Origin: Myxococcales bacterium
GTDB lineage: Bacteria > Myxococcota > Myxococcia > Myxococcales > Anaeromyxobacteraceae
Direction: 5' to 3'
Length of the DNA: 29,843 nt
Assembly: GCA_021784495.1 (NCBI GenBank)
Contig: JAJXSQ010000001.1
Span: forward strand, 1-29,843
Part shown: one piece after another, positions 28,002 to 29,843 of the stretch
Layout of the letters: every line of letters begins with the position of its first letter
How positions within the stretch are numbered: position 1 is the stretch's first letter
Notes under the pieces: generated by a model
What the model was told of the DNA's origin: nothing
The model's input: the letters and a program-made list of their open reading frames with translations, nothing else
The model's database searches: none
Position numbers and translations under genes: made by a program

Positions 28002-28969
28002 CCCCGCCGGAGCACCGCGAGCGCGCGCGCCAGATCCTCGGGGATCGGCGCCTCGATCGCGATCCGGCGGCCGCTCCGGGGGTGCGGGAAGGCGATCCGC
28101 CAGGCGTGGAGCGCCTGCCGCCCGATCGCCTCGGCGGCGCGCCGGACCGGCGCGTCGGGCGCCAGCCGCGCCTCGCGGCGGCGCCCGCCGTAGACGGCGT
28201 CGCCGACGAGCGGGTGGCCGGACTCCGAGAGGTGGACGCGGATCTGGTGCGTCCGCCCGGTCTCCAGCCCGACCTCGAGGAGCGCCGCCGCCGCGCCGAA
28301 GCGCTCCCGCACCCGCCAGGTGGTGACCGCCCGGCGCGCCGCGGGGCGACGCGAGGTGTGCCGGGTCCGATCGACCGGGTGGCGGCCGTACGGGGTGTCG
28401 AGGCGCCCCTCGTCGGGCGGCGCCCCGTGGCAGAGCGCGAGGTAGGTCTTCTCGACGGCGCGGGCCTTGAACGCCGCCTGGAGCGCCCGGAGCGCGACCT
28501 CGCTCCGCGCCACCACGAGGCAGCCGGAGGTCTCCCGGTCGAGGCGGTGGACGAGGCCGAGCCGCGCGCCGCCCGGCGCGCCGGGGCCCAGGCGATGGAG
28601 GAGCGCGTTCACCACCGTCCCGGAGGGCGTGCCCCGCGCCGGGTGGACGACCATGCCCGCCGCCTTGTCCAGCACGAGGAGGTCCTCGTCCTCGAGGAGC
28701 ACCCGGAGCGGCAGGGGCTGGGCCACGAGCCCCGACGGCGGCGGCGGCGCGAGCTCGAGCTCGATCCGCTCGCCCCCGCGCAGCCGCGCCGCCCTGCGGG
28801 CCGGGCGCCCGTCCACGCGGATCGCGCCGTCGGCGAGGAGCCGCTGGGCGCGCGCGCGGGAGAGGTCCGGCCAGAGGCGGGTGATCGCGACGTCGAGCCG
28901 CTCCCGCGCCAGCGACGGCGGCGCCACCCCGCCCCGCCGCTCCGGCGTGACCGGCGGCCGCGCGATCAC
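27998..28969 (-). CDS. rluD: RluD-like 23S rRNA pseudouridine synthase with an S4 domain
   Basis: 323 aa with S4 (RLDVAI...SRARAQRLL..G), DKAAGMVVHP, VHRLDRETSG, TGRTHQIRVH and QALHA. Confidence 0.88.
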   Translation of the reverse strand: MIARPPVTPERRGGVAPPSLARERLDVAITRLWPDLSRARAQRLLADGAIRVDGRPARRAARLRGGERIELELAPPPPSGLVAQPLPLRVLLEDEDLLVLDKAAGMVVHPARGTPSGTVVNALLHRLGPGAPGGARLGLVHRLDRETSGCLVVARSEVALRALQAAFKARAVEKTYLALCHGAPPDEGRLDTPYGRHPVDRTRHTSRRPAARRAVTTWRVRERFGAAAALLEVGLETGRTHQIRVHLSESGHPLVGDAVYGGRRREARLAPDAPVRRAAEAIGRQALHAWRIAFPHPRSGRRIAIEAPIPEDLARALAVLRRG

Positions 28970-29232
28970 CAGATCCGGGACCGGACCCGGGCCTTCGACC
29001 GCAGGATCACGTCCACGACCGCCCGGTCGAAGAAGTTGGTCCGCTCGAGGAGCTCCGGCGCGACGCGCGACCGGTAGTGCTCCCGCCCCTCGGCGAGCTC
29101 CTCGGAGAGCGCGCGGAAGAAGTCGTCCTCGAGGATGGAGCGGACGATCTTCTCCTCGTTGTAGAGCGAGATGTCCGAGCAGATCGCCCGCGCGAGCCGC
29201 ATCGCCTTCTCGGGATCCTCGGTGAGCGCCAT
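28966..29232 (-). CDS. romX: RomX-like motility polarity protein (MglA GEF component in Myxococcus)
   Basis: 88 aa: KAMRLARAICSDISLYNEEKI...LAEGREHYRSRV...NFFDRAVVDVILRSKARVRSRIW. Matches my recollection of M. xanthus RomX in size and sequence; not verified by a search. Confidence 0.72.
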   Translation of the reverse strand: MALTEDPEKAMRLARAICSDISLYNEEKIVRSILEDDFFRALSEELAEGREHYRSRVAPELLERTNFFDRAVVDVILRSKARVRSRIW

Positions 29233-29238
29233 GGCGGG

Positions 29239-29267
29239 ATCGTACGGGACGCCCGGGCCCCGGTCAA
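29239..29267 (-). promoter_or_regulatory. Promoter giving a leaderless romX transcript
   Basis: TTGACC-17 nt-TACGAT-6 nt-ATG. Confidence 0.65.
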
Positions 29268-29299
29268 CGCGCCCCACCCCCGCGGCCGGGGCGCCCGCC

Positions 29300-29843
29300 C
29301 TAGCGGGCCGCCCCGCCGACCGAGGCGCCCGCCATCCGCTCCAGGTAGGCCCGCGCCACGCCCGCGGCGTCGAGGCGGAGCTCCCGCGCCATGCTGGCCA
29401 CGATGCCGCGCAGGTAGACCGCGGCGGGGAGCGCGGCGTACCGCTCGGCCTCCACGTTCTCGATGTGGGTGCGGGTGACGCGCGTCCGGTCGGCGATCTG
29501 CTGGACGGTGAACCCGCGGGCCTCGCGGGCCTCGCGGAGCATCGCCCCGGTCCAGGCGATCGGCCCGGCCGCGGGCGGCGAGATCTCGACCTCGAGGCGG
29601 ATGGGCGCGGTGGGCTCGGCGGCGGGCGCCGGGGGCGGAGGCCCGGCGGGCTCGGGGCCCGCGCCCGCCGCGAGGAGGGCGATCGGCGCGAGGACGGCGA
29701 TCGGCGGCGGCGGCGGCTCCGTCGTGTCCATGGAGACCTCTCGGGGGACCTCGATGGCGGCGCGGGTCTCTACGGCCGTCCCCCGCGCCGGGCCCGGCTC
29801 GTCGCCGATCCGGACGCCGACGGCCGGCCAGCCGGCCGCGGCC
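29300..29843 (-). CDS. Protein with a Pro/Ala linker and C-terminal RodZ-like (HTH_25) helix-turn-helix; 5' partial
   Basis: The frame is open from 29300 to the window edge with no stop. C-terminus: GAMLREAREARGFTVQQIADRTRVTRTHIENVEAERYAALPAAVYLRG. Confidence 0.85.
   Translation of the reverse strand, partial: AAAGWPAVGVRIGDEPGPARGTAVETRAAIEVPREVSMDTTEPPPPPIAVLAPIALLAAGAGPEPAGPPPPAPAAEPTAPIRLEVEISPPAAGPIAWTGAMLREAREARGFTVQQIADRTRVTRTHIENVEAERYAALPAAVYLRGIVASMARELRLDAAGVARAYLERMAGASVGGAAR

Overview
A very GC-rich, gene-dense chromosomal segment that looks like core genome from an Anaeromyxobacter-like member of the Myxococcota (inferred from the romX-like gene, tRNA-Sec and codon style). Contents in order: branched-chain 2-oxoacid dehydrogenase operon (lipA-E1a-E1b-E2, running off the left edge); REC-HD-GYP regulator; moaA; a two-subunit B12 acyl-CoA mutase; tRNA(CAT); a coupled minus-strand run mlaE-mlaF-mlaD-tlpA-yacG-2-hydroxyacid dehydrogenase, then PHP phosphatase and a UPF0104 membrane protein; a Zn-ribbon/Tudor-like orphan; an M16 peptidase pair with an RluA-family gene; an XRE regulator and a small Zn-ribbon ORF; cN-II-type 5'-nucleotidase; selC; a lipoprotein; dodecin; speA; ABC exporter plus methyltransferase; pfkA; rluD; romX-like; and a partial HTH protein. 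No mobile element, CRISPR array or defence island was seen. Most notable: (1) the mutase has the Phe/Gln specificity residues of isobutyryl-CoA mutase, not the Tyr/Arg of methylmalonyl-CoA mutase, and lies near a BCKDH operon; (2) MlaD is long, with a helical stalk, a Gly-X-Y insert and a beta-rich C-terminal domain, suggesting a one-protein trans-envelope lipid bridge; (3) many sigma70-like promoters sit 6-11 nt from start codons, and one sits 7 nt from G1 of tRNA-Sec, implying leaderless transcripts; (4) an uncharacterised Zn-ribbon plus PcrA-CTD/Tudor-like protein. All family assignments come from motif recognition by eye; no searches were run.
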